From Phoronis australis (taxonomy: Eukaryota; Animalia; Phoronida), in assembly GCA_002633005.1 (NCBI GenBank), contig NMRA01000347.1, positions 343,311 through 407,310 on the forward strand: a stretch of 64,000 bases of DNA, read 5' to 3'. Positions within the stretch are counted from its first letter, which is position 1; each line of letters starts with the position of its first letter. The translations under genes were made by a program, and so were the position numbers. Below the pieces are notes generated by a model that was not told where the DNA came from, ran no database searches, and saw only the letters and a list, made by a program, of their open reading frames with translations. Below, piece after piece: positions 1 to 13,367 of the stretch.

Positions 1-1181
1 TAGATCAACGCTAAGCTCCGCCCACGTGACAGTCATATTTGTTTTGGTCGTCTGTCGTGCTTCACAAGTTCGAAAAAATGATTAAAATTACGCTGTAAAC
101 AAACAGGTATGTCACATTTTCTAAATATGAAGTAAATATCAGCTTTATTTCTAGTACTTCAACAAAAATTGGAACATAATGACCACGCATTCTGAACGAA
201 ATTTGATCTCGAGTGGCAATCGATGACCGCTTACATGTAACTTCAAAGCCGTTTTTCTCGGCTCGTGATTTCAGGATAGTGACAAGATTCTCGGGCCTAT
301 TTTTCCACAGCACGTGGGTCAATTTTTACGAAAGTTGCAAATTTGAAATCCTCTAGGACTGAAGTAAAATTGAGTGCCAGGGTTTTTTGATAAATGCACC
401 AGATTTTTAGTTATTAGACAGAAAGTGACCAAATGACAAAAAGTGGCGTGCTGGCCCCAACTCACACATAAAAAATGCCACAAAATCAAGATCATAATGA
501 TTTTGTACGTATATTTGGTATGTATAAGTAGAATATTGCGTAAGGAAACAGTTGATGATGATCCCTGTGCATTTTGAAAAAAATTCGAGGTAAAATTGGA
601 TTTTTTGAAAATTAAAAAATACGATTTAAAAAAACGAACTACAAAAAAAACTTTTTTTCGATTTTTGTCACTTTCAGAGTCATGTCTAACTAGTTAAAAC
701 TCCCTTTTTACTCATTTTAGTTAGGAACCTGGAGATTTAATCAGTGTATACGCCTACCTTAATATTGTTTGTATAATAGTTCTAAAGCAAAATGATTTTC
801 TAAAAGCCCAGCCAAACTCTAACTTCTGTATAAAATTTTAAAAACTCCTTATAAGTATTGCTAAACTGTGAACCTTGAAATGCACTTTAGGCTACTAAGA
901 AACCAGTCTCGTGTGCCTTAGTGTTGATAGAACATAAAATATTACAGCCGTTTCTAGGTGACGTAACACTAAAGATAGAAAATATCTAAAGAGAATAAAG
1001 CTTAACGTGAACATCAACATGTACAATTCAAGCATACAACTGTAATTTAAAAATAAGGGTGGTTGGATTTCAATTTAATTAAAAATTATGATTGGTGAGT
1101 TGCCAAATTAAATCTCGGGCGGAAAGTAGGTTTATAGCAGCTTTAAAAACTAGTGTGGTGGCAGCAATGTAGGCTACAAAT

Positions 1182-1888
1182 GGATAGTTCCTAAACCCCT
1201 TCGACCCTCTCGACCCACAACCCATCGACCCCACGACCCCCGATTTTACATATTGCATAAACCTATTGCGTCGCTGAGTGACTTTCCCATAAGACATACC
1301 TACACACGAGTCTGCTCTGGCTCAATTCTGGTGATAAAAACGGAAAGCGGCGTGAGAACGTGATCTGATATAGCGCACAGATATAGTTCCAGGCACCCTA
1401 TCAATGGCCCAGTTCTACTAAACTTAGCGAGAGAGTACGTTAATGTGAATGTGAATAATTTCTCGTTTTTATTATTTGCTTTCTGTTTTATCCTCTTTTA
1501 CAGTATACTCGGTATAACGTTGAAATACTTTTAGTAAACAGTTTGTTTTTTCAAACTGCATTTACTGATAAAATTACAGGTCTGTTATTCACTGGAGAGC
1601 AGACGAAACGATTACGCTCTGCCGGGAACGACATTTGTAACGTTGGTAGGTCTTTGAGTTTATTTGGTCGCGTTGTTTGTTTCTGTTTATGGCTCTTAAA
1701 CTTGCCATATAAACTCTCTTAATTGCAAAAAAACCGGAAAAATCCAGATGAACTCACTGCCCAAATCATTGGTCCTGCTATACAGCACGTGTTCTATGTT
1801 CAGATGGAGTCGAGCTTGTGTAGACAGGGTTGAGGGTGTTGTGGGTCGTGGGGGTCGAGGGCCCGGTGGAAGGGTTTTAGAACTATCC
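1182..1888. mobile_element. MITE with terminal inverted repeats and CGACCC subterminal repeats
   Basis: Left end GGATAGTTCCTAAACCCCTT (1182) matches the reverse complement of the right end, GGATAGTTCTAAAACCCTT (ends 1888). Both ends carry CGACCC/GGGTCG arrays pointing inward. No clean TSD. Confidence 0.6.
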
Positions 1889-2733
1889 CTTAATTGGAAT
1901 GTGAATTTCACCTCACTGCCTAACTAAAAAGCTGAAGAACACAGCTAGGTATAGGCACAAACGACTCACCAAAGAATGGTTCGACAGAATGTTTAATTAC
2001 AACACCACGGTGAAATATTTATCAGCTAAAAGAGAATTATCAAAGCTCTTTTATGCATTTTTGACCTAAAGGATTTTTTTTCGTTATCCTAATTCGCCTT
2101 GTGTGAAATAGGGACTCTCACCCAGTCTGAAGTTTATTCTATGACGTTTATCAGGTGAACGTTGTGACATGCAGGCACTGACCAATGAGCTTGCAGAAAA
2201 ACTAAACCATTGCAAAGGGAAAACCGGTTTATTTGACCGACTTATAGGATGTCGGATGGTCATCGTTGTCACATTTTAAATATACCGACATTAGGTTTAC
2301 CACTTCAAAAAAATTCAGAGGGGTGCTATGTGGCTAAAAAATAAAATGACGACGTCTCCGTCTATTAAACCTTTGTTAAGGACTGCGAAAGACTGTTCTC
2401 AGACGTATCCATCGATTTAGGAAATGAGAATTTAGAATCAATGACACTCTTTCCGCTCTACATTCACTGTATTACATCAAGAAAGTAGTTCGCGAATTAA
2501 TTTACCATTTGTCATGTGGTCCTTGTATCACAAGCGTATATTTGTGCCTTTTTGTGTAAATTGCGCAATTTATAAACTTATGTTTTATTTCAAAGTTTCG
2601 GCTTATATAATATTTGTCAGAATATAGACTCACACTGTTTTTGGTTGATTGTTTTGTTTTGTTGTTCTTTTTGATTTGCATGACCTCTGAGTTAAGTACA
2701 GTGATGATGTAATTTGTTTACCACACAAAAGTG

Positions 2734-3290
2734 TGTAACTTTCTAGAAGACGCTAGCATGCAGTCTCTAATATTCTAGAGACTAGTACATGTTTGTAGAA
2801 TGATTGGGTAGATTAAGGAAAGTTCTAGAATGTGCTTGAATTGATGTTAAGTTCCAGAACAATGAATCAGGCTATAAATACACAAGCATGGGTTTGTGTT
2901 AGTCAGATCAAGTCAGTTCATCAAAAGTTCAAGAAAGTTAATCATGAGAATCACAGTTGAGTTGCAGTAAAGAGAATCAGCAGTTACAGCGATAGTCAAT
3001 AGCGAGCCAGCTATAGAGACAGCAGGTTATTGAATCGACGAGTGTAACAGTTGCTGAACGTGTCTCAGAAGTTCATCACGAGTTAGTGAAGTCTTCGCAG
3101 GACTAGCTGGAGTATAAACAGACATTGCGTCCGGGACGTTTTGTTTGTCGGAATATGGCTTGTGAACGTACGGTCGGGATTAATAAAAGATTAACACTCG
3201 AACCAGTCCTCAGTCAATCGTCGCACCGAAAGCTATTAGCACCGGTCTGTAACAACCTGCGCCCATACATACACGGGGAAACACGTGACA
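2734..3290 (+). mobile_element. Solo LTR of an LTR retrotransposon (Gypsy/BEL-like)
   Basis: TGTAAC...GTGACA termini (TG..CA, 5/6 inverted match), TATAAATA at 2873-2880, AATAAA at 3182-3187, about 557 bp. No internal gag/pol sequence adjacent. Confidence 0.6.
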
Positions 3291-3525
3291 ATTTTCTTCC
3301 TGATATTTCTAATACTGACACGTGTTTATTCCTTCACTGTCTGTAATTTTACAACTACGTGGGCTCGGTGGACTTTGACTCATGTTCTCAGTTTAAATGG
3401 GCACAGAAGTTGCGTGAAAATTATTCTGTTCTATTCATGCCATTCTATCGAGAGCTCATGTTACTCGCTTTCCTGTCGCATCGGGTGCGGCTTCCTTACA
3501 AGTTGATGTAAGAACAACTCGCTGC

Positions 3526-5249
3526 TAATGATGGAATGTGACCCAAGCAGGACGGTTGCAAGGCCTTTATCTGCCATGAATTAACCTATCGCCAGGACTT
3601 TGAGTGACGGCTTAACTGACCAATCAACGCAGCATTCTTGACACATCTTCGTTTCCAAGCCGCCATTTTACCCCAAGAACACGTTGCCGGGCAGAACTGC
3701 TTGTTCGTTTGTCGACATTACACAAGGGGGCAGAGCTTGCAATAGGCCAATTCTAGGAGAAGGAGATTTGTTCCCGTCAGTTTCACTCGTGGAAGAACAC
3801 TAGTCTCCTCCACAGACCCTCTAGATTAGCTGAGGTCTGCTACAGCGCACTTTTCCATTCTTGGACTATTATTGGCTGTTCCGATTTCAAGAAACAAGGC
3901 ATTCTATTGGTCAGTTGCATAATGGGTCACTAACATGGCGACTTCCAGTGAAGGAATGTCATTGGATTTACAGCTGCTTAAATCTCTTTGCTTTCATCAA
4001 ACTCCCGCATTTCAAAGCTAACGAGTCAAGGACGTGACGTAAATGAATCAATTGGCCTAATGACAAATATGTTTTATATTGTGCTTGATTCTCATTGACA
4101 CTCATTTTAGGCATACTATAGCATCAAATAGCGGGGAAGGAGTAGCTGAGTGCGTCGCGGCCACGGGAGTTTGTCTCGATCTTTTCAGAGCACACCCTCT
4201 CCGTACATGTATGTTAACATGTTCATGTACATTAAGTTATATAAGCTCCCGTGAATACCGTGAAGTGGGTCAGACAAGGATATATGCTGAAATACTACCA
4301 TTCATTGCCAAGTGCATAATACACTGGCACATTTGTAACTAGTACTACTAATAGTCTAGCAATAGTTTTATAATGACTGACTTAATTGCTTCTGGCGATG
4401 CCATTTACAGTAGCAGTACCTTTCTCCTTTCCTTCCTTTATTTGTACACATGGCCATCCGCCCAAAGTTAAAAAAAAAACCAAGCAAACAAGATCATTGG
4501 AATGCTATGCACACTAGCTGTTCCGTTTTTTAGATGCGAATTATAAATAACTCACAACTGAGATATCGGAATTACATATGAAATTTAAGCAAACAGGGTC
4601 TTGTCCAGAGGCTCTCACTTATAAACTTAACTCTGATTTCGGAAAAGCGTCTCAAACTTACAAAAAGTGATTCATCCTAGGCACAATTCTTCGACCATAT
4701 TGTACACACTCTGTCTTGATGCATCACATTTACATGTACGTGACGACCAGTTTCTACTGCCAGTCTGTGGTTTGCACATCTGAAACGTGTAAAACTTTGC
4801 ACGAACACTCTTGGAAGATTTTCAATTTCTGAATAGTTTTCCTATTTAAATACATCCTTAAAATTTTGTAATGGTTTAACTTAAAAATGGAATCAATATC
4901 GGACTGCCATCTTTGCAAAGCACAGTCCTTGTTAAAAATATTTACAAACCACTCTTGACACGCGACTCCTTGGTTTACCCAAACATAGAAACCATACACT
5001 GGTAAAATTGATAAAAAATACAATGTTTACAGAAGTTGCAGTTTTGCATTTGGGCTCGACGTGTTTTGATTGTTTTGAGAACGAATTTAGAAATTGACTC
5101 ACATTTGACCGTAAAGATCCTCAACTAGTGTAGTGCAATAGTTGACCAAAAGGAGACATGCATTGGTAGTGTATATTGCTTTCCTAAACCCAAATATATT
5201 GTGGCAAGTTCGAGATTTTTTGTGATTTAAGTGTTCTGCTCAAGTGCAA
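3526..5249 (+). repeat. Near-identical copy of 5251-8535 (probable alternative haplotype), lacking about 1.57 kb
   Basis: TAATGATGGAATGTGACCC begins both 3526 and 5251. The copy ends at CTGCTCAAGTGCAA followed by the N at 5250, matching 8522-8535. Only SNPs and small indels apart from one large deletion. Confidence 0.85.
3578..3675 (+). repeat. Dispersed repeat, also at about 5303-5400 (+) and about 26562-26662 (-)
   Basis: CCTATCGCCAGGA(C/T)TTTGAGTGACGGCT...GCAGCATTCTTGACA...TTCGTTTCCAAG(C/A)CGCCATTTTACCC is found in reverse complement inside a cPLA2 intron. Confidence 0.75.
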
Positions 5250-6269
5250 NTAATGATGGAATGTGACCCAAGCAGGACGGTTGCAAGGCCTTTATCTGCC
5301 ATGAATTAACCTATCGCCAGGACTTTGAGTGACGGCTTAACTGACCAATCAACGCAGCATTCTTGACACATCTTCGTTTCCAAGCCGCCATTTTACCCCA
5401 ACAACACGTTGCCGGGCAAAACTGCTTGTTCGTTTGTCGACATTACGCAAGGGGGCAGAGCTTGCAATAGGCCAATTCTAGGAGAAGGAGATTTGTTCCC
5501 GTCAGTTTCACTCGTGGAAGAACACTAGTCTCCTCCACAGACCCTCTAGATTAGCTGAGGTCTGCTACAGCGCACTTTTCCATTCTTGGAATATTATTGG
5601 CTGTTCCGATTTCAAGAAACAAGGCATTCTATTGGTCAGTTGTATAATGGGTCACTAACATGGCGACTTCCAGTGAAGGAATGTCATTGGATTTACAGCT
5701 GCTTAAATCTCTTTGCTTTCATCAAACTCCCGCATTTCAAAGCTAACGAGACAAGGACGTAACGTATATGAAACATTTTGCCTAATGACAATTATGTTTT
5801 ATATTGTGCTTGACTCTCATTGACACTCATTTTAGGCATACTATAGCATCGAATAGCGGGGAAGGAGTAGCTGAGTGCGTCGCGGCCACGGGAGTTTGTC
5901 TCGATCTTTTCAGAGCACACCCTCTCCGTACATGTATGTTAACATGTTCATGTAAGTTATATAAGCTCCCGTGAATACCGTGAAGTGGGTCAGACAAGGA
6001 TTTATGCTGAAATACTACCATTCATTGCCAAGTGCATAAATACACTGGCAAACTTGTAACTAGTACTACTAATAGTCTAGCAATAGTTTTATAATGACTG
6101 ACTTTATTGCTTCTGGCGATGCCATTTAGCAGTACCTTTCTCCTTTCCTTCCTTCCTTTATTTGTACTCCTGGCCATCCGCCCAAAGTTAAAAAAACAAG
6201 CAAACAAGATCATTGGAATGTTAGGCGCACTATCTGTTCCGTTTTTTAGATGCGTAGTATACATAACTC

Positions 6270-7710
6270 ACAACTGAGATATCGGAATTACATATGAAAT
6301 TTAAGCAAACAGGGACTTGTCCAGAGGCTCTCACTTATAAACTTAACTCTGATTTCGGAAAAGCGTCGCAAACTTACAAAAAGTGATTCATCCTCGACAC
6401 AATTCTTCGACCACAATGTACACACTCTGTCTTGATGTATCACATTTACGTGACGACCAGTTTCTACTGCCAGTCTGTGGTTTGCACATCTGAAACGTGT
6501 AAAACTTTGCACGAACACTCTTCAAAGATTTTAAATTTCTGAATAGTTTTCATATTTAGATACATCCTTAAAATTTTGTAATGGTTTAACTTAAAAATGG
6601 AATCAATATCGGACTGCCATCTTGGCAAAGCACAGTCCTTAACCCGTTGTGAGACAATATTTACAAACGACTCTTTACACGCGACTCCTTGGTTTACCCA
6701 AACATCATAGAAATCATACAGTGACAATAAATTGCGGACTGAGCTTGTCCAATTATACATTTGTCTACCATTTTCATCTAGTCTGCACAACATGTTGTAA
6801 TTGGCCCTTGGATAACGTTCCTGTGGCATATTCAAAATTTTAAACCAGCATTTCATGCAGTATCTCGTAAACATAGGGTATCTGCCAAATTCACCCAATA
6901 CTGCAGCGTTAGAGCAAGAACTGCCAAGTCCCAGGGTCCATTTACAAAATTTTTAATGATTTTTTGTAAATCTCAGCACCATTACACAATGTTGGATACA
7001 CCAGTTTATCAAATAGCTGAAAGACAAGTGATGGAGGCATATCACAACATCTGAGCTGTAGTTTCAAAACACGTGATGCAGCTTTATTTGCTTGACAAGA
7101 AAGAGTTTTTGTCGTTTTCGACCATGACACATTAGGTGTGGTAAAAAGACCAAGATATTTACAATGAGATACAGCATCAACTTGCTCTTTGTTAAAAGAC
7201 ATTTCTCATAGTGTCTTAAGAGACCTCCTTTTTAAATACAATTATTTTGGTTTTCTTTAATTTCACAGCCACTCCCCATGAATCACAATAATCATTGAGA
7301 CAATTCAACATAACTTGCAAGTTTGACGCTGTTAGAGAGCACAAAACCATGTCATCTGCATATGATAGTGAATTAATACTGTATTTGTAGCATGTTCATC
7401 TAAGTAGATGCTATTTATATCGCAACGTGAACTGAGTTTTTCTAAAAACTCATTGAGATACAAAACAAATAGTAGAGGGCTTATCGTACAGCCTTGACGA
7501 GAACCAATAGTGCAATTAAATAAGTCTGTTAAACCATCACGTGTTTTAACACGTGGTCTCAACTTGCTATACATAGATCGCAGCATTGATATCATATTAC
7601 CATGAACATTAATTTGCATAAGTCTATAAAAACGTAAAATATGTGGTACTCGATCAAAAGCTTTTGAAAAGTCAATAAATGCGCAATAGAACCTAGCTGC
7701 CACCCTTTTT
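6270..7710 (-). mobile_element. Decayed, 5'-truncated non-LTR retrotransposon (LINE) ORF2: RT domain plus C-terminus, RTE-X-like
   Basis: FIDFSKAFDRVPH, GSRQGCTISPLLF, frameshifted YADD (TATGCAGATGAC, 7351-7362), KYLG, GEFGRYP and HRLAVETGR..RVC..EDE motifs spread over several frameshifted ORFs. A partial copy lies at about 4560-5000. Clade is inferred. Confidence 0.9.
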
Positions 7711-7740
7711 GCTTATGTGTTTCTGATATTTCGCATACAT

Positions 7741-8852
7741 ATAGGTTATACAACGTACGTGTTTGTACCAGTGGTTATTTTTCGAGATTCGTGATATGCA
7801 ATAGTATTTGAACGAGGGCGAAGCACACTGGTAAAACACGTACGTTATATAACCTATTTATCCTATGCGCCCCCATGCGGTTTCTTTAAAGAAGCGGGTT
7901 TACACAGATTGCTACGCTTGTTTTGGTGTCGTTTGTCATCTTTTATCAATGATAATTTTCAGATCACGTGACACGTATACGTGCACGCAATTTTTTTATG
8001 AATGAATTTTTGCAGCAATTGCACGTCACGGAAGTCAAGTTGGATTATACACCAGCTACAGGCTTGGGGCCGGGTGCATATCTGAGATTTTTAGTATTTT
8101 TGCATTGAGCTAAATCTATTTCTAAGTTAAAGTTTGCTTACATTTCTGACGATTTTTCTTGACTTCATTTATTAACAACTGTGCAGGACACCTAGACGTT
8201 GTGGCTGATGCACGTTCAGACGCGTCTTGAAAATGCTTCTTGCGCGGTTCTTATAATTTTTAGGTAGAAAGTATTCCGAAATTTATCGTAAAATTGACAA
8301 AAAATACAATGTTTACAGAAGTTGCAGTTTTGCATTTGGGCTCGACGTGTTTTGATTGTTTTGAGAACGAATTTAGAAATTGACTCACATTTGACCGTAA
8401 AGATCCTCAACTAGTGTAGTGCAATAGTTGACCAAAAGGAGACATGCATTGGTAGTGTATATTGCTTTCCTAAACCCAAATATATTGTGGCAAGTTCGAG
8501 ATTTTTTGTGATTTAAGTGTTCTGCTCAAGTGCAAAATTTGACGGTATATTAAGAAACATTGTCAGCAATATTTTTATTTCACTTTTTTGTTTAGTTTTC
8601 AAGACTCATATCATTGTATGGGTATGTGAAAATATTGCGCACGGAGCTGAACCCAAAGTGATGCTATATACAGGTGTACATAATCATGTTCCAACTCCTT
8701 CAAGTGTATTGTGTGCACAGCAGGGTATTTTGGCGAGAAAGAAGGCATCCGTTTTCAACGCGCGTTGAATTTGGAAAAGTAGTTCTTCTATATCAAACCT
8801 CAATATACCACCTGTATTTCATGACCATACAATTACGCGTACAGGATAAATA
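7741..8852. mobile_element. Non-autonomous DNA element with terminal hairpin and second inverted repeat (Crypton-like architecture)
   Basis: About 32-bp inverted repeat (7741-7773 / 7826-7857) around CGAGGGCGAAGC. A second inverted pair is TATTTATCCTATGCGC (7855-7870) / GCGTACAGGATAAATA (8837-8852). Confidence 0.5.
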
Positions 8853-8913
8853 TTTCTGGGTTTTAAATCAATTCATACAAGACGGGGCTAGAATCTGTTC
8901 AGCTCAAAAAGCA

Positions 8914-11015
8914 TTTAAATACAATGTGGAGAATAAGAAAACGTCTGCATTAAAATGTGTTGAAAAAAATGAACTCTTTTTAAGCTCCTTATCCACAAAT
9001 TGTACATTTTTCAAGCTGCTATTAACCCAACCTCTTTTTAGAACCGTCATGTAACAATATAAGATTGGTCTCGAACTAACAATGGTGTTTTGGACCAAAA
9101 TAGTACCAAAAATCTAATCACAATTGCTCGCATAAAGATTGGCATATCCAGCAGTTGGATTTGGATACTAGTGTCTGGTGTCAATCTTCACGTGTGTGCT
9201 CGTGATTTAGAGTGTTGATCTTGTACTGTTCCTTAGAGATTGCATGTGGTATGTTGGCTTCGGTTGAACTGATAGTTTGTTATTTCTTAAAACATGTTGC
9301 AATAACCTGGCGGGTCAAAGTGCACCAACCATAGCTTTCTTCCATGTCCACTAAGGAAAAAGTTGAGACAAGGATATATACAGGCCTTGGAATTTTCCTC
9401 TTTTAAGAGGATTTACTATTTTTGTTTTGATTTCCTCATATTTGATTGTCAGTTTCGTCTTTTTTATCATTATTTTGACTTGATTAATGCAAAAAAACAT
9501 TTATTTCAGTTAAATTTTCCAACACCAAAAATATTCCTGTTACACAAGACTATTTGTAAAACGATGCATCACCTGGTAAATTTTCCTCTTTTTGTCATTA
9601 GTCATTCCAATTCCTGTATATAGTGGTAAGTTGTTCAGATCAAAATTCATTCTTTTTCACATAAGACGCATTCATAGCAACTTTAAGGAATTTAATTCGA
9701 AGGAAAACTGGACCCCAGAAGACACCTTCTGCGAAGCACATTCTGAAATCAACAATTGTGCTTGGTTACTTTCCAAGATGTTCAACCCACATTGTTAGGT
9801 ATAGGGGATAGAGTTCATTTCACCATCCTTAGGCTTTAAGAGTAACCTCCTAAAACCATTCCAAGGGGTTACTCCCACAGGTTTATACAGGACATGACAC
9901 TCAGCTGGGAGATTTTTCTCAATTTCTCTTCAAAATGGTGATTGAAAAAATCCTTACCAAAGCAAACTTTTCCCATGAATACAACGGGTTTCACTCTGGA
10001 AATTAAAAACAGTGGAAATGGTACCTTTTTCCTACTGCAGATGGGACTTAAATACGATATCTGTATTACGTTGGACGCCAGACTCATTTTTGACAACAGG
10101 AATCTCTTAGTCGACTTCTTCAAGCTTATTGGGTGAAAAAGACAACTGTCCAAGAATTACTACGAAGGGATTAAGTTGTTAGCATTAACCCTTCTATTAA
10201 GCTTTTCCATTGGAACATTAGACTACATTTTTATTAACTCCAAACCTCGGACTACAATCTTAATGTTTTTTTGCCACTGCTTAAATGGGTGGAGATTCTT
10301 CTAGTACCAGAGTATGCATAAAACTAATGCTTAGGGCCCATTTGGGACACCTCTTGGGTATTTTCGTACAGTTTAGCTACACATTTACCCTCAGGACATC
10401 TAGAACACTTCGGCTATTTCCTATTTACAAATTTTTTTTCGAAACACTTCGGGTATTTTTGTAACCTCAAATATCCTTTCGGAGATGAACGTTATCCAAA
10501 ATATGGCAAGTCACATGATTTTCAGGCTTGAGAATAATAGGCTAACTGAAGTCCGCACACATCCAGAGAGCGTTCACCTATTAGGTGAAATTTGAGGTTT
10601 CAAAAACACCCGAGGTGTTCTGGATGTCCTTGAGAGTAAATGTTTTCAGTGCATGCTCGAACTTTGGTCATTATGGCCAATCATTCTCCACTATGTTTGA
10701 AAGTCACGCAGGTTAAACTCACCTCCAAGGTGAAATTTGAGGCTCCCAATATACCCGAGGTGATCTGAATGGCTTAGGAACCCCAACTTGTGCGGGGTCC
10801 CACATCAAAGAGGGAAACGGGAAGAAAAAATTATGGCAACGAGGGGAGGAGTGTATAGCTCGAGAATTGTGACTACCTGGAGGGTCAAAAATTGTGGTGT
10901 TCTAGGTAGTGAATGTGGTGTAGGCCACGGAGTGGTGGAAATTGGGCGCCAGCAGTGTCTACTGTATCACTGTACGGTGACGGATTTAGGGGGGGAAAGA
11001 GGGTCATAGCCCCGC
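8914..11015 (+). repeat. Near-identical copy of 11141-13249 (probable haplotype duplication at N 11016)
   Basis: TTTAAATACAATGTGGAGAATAAG starts both copies and both end TAGCCCCGC. The duplicate 94-aa and 64-aa spurious ORFs differ by a few SNPs. Confidence 0.85.
10382..10643. mobile_element. MITE with about 38-bp inverted repeats (piggyBac-like ends); allelic copy at about 12631-12872, related motifs at 33033-33228
   Basis: CATTTACCCTCAGGACATCTAGAACACTTCGG matches the reverse complement of CCGAGGTGTTCTGGATGTCCTTGAGAGTAAATG. The AACACCTCGGGTATTTT motif is repeated in both orientations. Confidence 0.55.
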
Positions 11016-13205
11016 NTATGTAAATAACTTTTTATAGCGACGTACAATTCAGTTAATGTTAAGAATATAGCAAGAATAATTATAAACACGAATTTAGAGC
11101 ATATTGTTGTTCAGATTGGTTGAGACCTTGCAATTTACACTTTAAATACAATGTGGAGAATAAGAAAACGTCTGCATTAAACTGTGTTGAAAAAATGAAC
11201 TCTTTTAAGTTCCTTATCCACAAATTGTACATTTTTCAAGCTGCTATTAACCCAACCACTTTTTAGAACCGTCATGTAAGAATATAAGATTGGTCTCGCA
11301 CTAACAATGGTGTTTTGGGCCAAAATAGTACCAAAAATCTAATCACAATTGCTCGCATAAAGATTGGCATATCCAGCAGTTGGATTTGGATACTAGTGTC
11401 TGGTGTCAATCTTCACGTGTGTGCTCGTGATTTAGAGTGTTGATCTTGTACTGTTCCTTATTGAGATTGCATGTGGTATATTGGCTTCGGTTGAACTGAT
11501 AGTTTGTTATTTCTTAAAACATGTTGCAATAACCTGGCGGGTCAAAGTGCACCAACCATAGCTTTGAGCAATAACAAAATTTGAGTTCTTCCATGTCCAC
11601 TAAGGAAAAAGTTGAGACAAGGATATATACAGGCCTTGGAATTTTCCTCTTTTAAGAGTATTTACTATTTTTTGTTTTGATTTCCTCTTATTTGATTGTC
11701 AGTTTCGTCTTTTTTATCACTATTTTGACTTGATTAATGCAAAAACATTTATTTCAGTTAAATTTTCCAACACCAAAAATATTCCTGTCACACAAGCCTA
11801 TTTGTAAAACGATGCATCACCTGGTAAATTTTCCTCTTTTTGTCATTAGTCATTCCAATTCCTGTATATAGTGGTAAGTTGTTCAGATCAAAATTCATTC
11901 TTTTTCAAATAAGACGCATTCATAGCAACTTTAAGGAATTTAATTCGAAGGAGAACTGGACCCCAGAAGACTCCTTCTGTGAAGCACATTCTGAAATCAA
12001 CAATTGTGCTTGGTAACTTCCCAAGATGTTCAACCCATATTGTTAGGTATAGGGGATAGAGTTCATTTCACCATCCTTGGGCTTTAAGAGTAACCTCCTA
12101 AAACCATTCCAAAGGGTTACTCCCACAGGTTTATAAAGGACATGACACTCAGCTGGGAGATTTTTCTCAATTTCTCTTCAAAATGGTGATTGAAAAAATC
12201 CTTACCAAAGCAAACTTTTCCCATGAATACAACGGGTTTCACTCTGGAAATTAAAAACACTGGAAATAGTACCTTTTTCCTGCTGCAGATGGGACTTAAA
12301 TACGATATCTGTATTACGTTGGACGCCAGACTCATTTTTGACAACAAAAATCTCTTAGTCGACTTCTTCAAGCTTAATGGGTGAAAAAGACAGCTGTCCA
12401 AGAATTACTACGAAGGGATTAAGTTGTTAGCATTAACCCTTCTATGAAGCTTTCCATTGGAACATTAGACTACATTTTTATTGAACTCCAAACCTCGGAC
12501 TACAAACTTAATGTTTTTTTTGCCACTGCTTAAATGGGTGGAGATTCTTCTAGTACCAGAGTATGCATAGAACTAATGCTTAGGGCCCATTTGGGACACC
12601 TCTTGGGTATTTTCAAACAGTTTAGCTACACATTTACCCTCAGAACATCTAGAACATTTCGGCTTTTTCCTATTTACAATTTTTTTTTTCGAAACACTTC
12701 GGGTATTTTTGTAACCTCAAATATCCTTTCGGAGATGAACGTTATTCAAAATATGGCAAGTCACATGATTTTCAGGCTGAAGTCCGCACAAATCCAGAGA
12801 GTGTTCACCTATTAGGTGACATTTGAGGTTTCAAAAACACCCGAGGTGTTCTGGATGTCCTTGAGAGTAAATGCTTTCAGTGCATGCTCGAACTTTGGTC
12901 ATTATGGCCAATCATTCTCCACTAAGTTTGAAAGTCACGCAGGTTAAACTTACCTCCAAGGTGAAATTTGAGGCTCCCAATATACTCGAGGTGATCTGAA
13001 TGGCTTAGGAACCCCAAGTTGTGTGGGGTCCCACATCAAAGAGGGAAAGGGGAAGAAAAAATTATGGCAACGAGGGGAGGAGTGTATAGCTCGAAAATTG
13101 TGGCTACCTGGAGGGTCAAAAATTGTGGTGTTCTAGGTAGTGAATAAGGTGTAGGCCGCGGAGTGGTGGAAATTGGGCGCCAGCAGTGTCTACTGTATCA
13201 CTGTA

Positions 13206-13367
13206 CGGTGACTGATTTAGGGGGGGGGGCAAGAGGGCCATAGCCCCGCCTGAAACTCTCCCAGATTCCATTCGGCAGTTTGGGGGTGAGAATGTATGAC
13301 GGGGAAAATCCTGTCTCTAATACTCTGCCCTTTCTCCTGNCCTCCACCCAACTCAAAATCCTGGATA
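13206..13367 (+). mobile_element. About 150-bp GC-rich MITE family (CAGTGGCGGAT-type TIR), copy 1
   Basis: Shares CTCCCAGATTCCATT.GGCAGTT.GGGGGTG...CCAACTCAAAATCCTGGAT with 48217-48367 (+) and 43026-43181 (-). Confidence 0.7.

Noticed and set aside
1-700. Possible end of a non-autonomous DNA transposon
   Set aside because: The composition is suggestive, but the partner end is outside the window and no TIR or TSD can be shown.
9869-12401. Duplicated 94-aa and 64-aa ORFs as a paralogous gene pair
   Set aside because: No recognisable domain or splice structure; they recur only because the segment is duplicated at the N.
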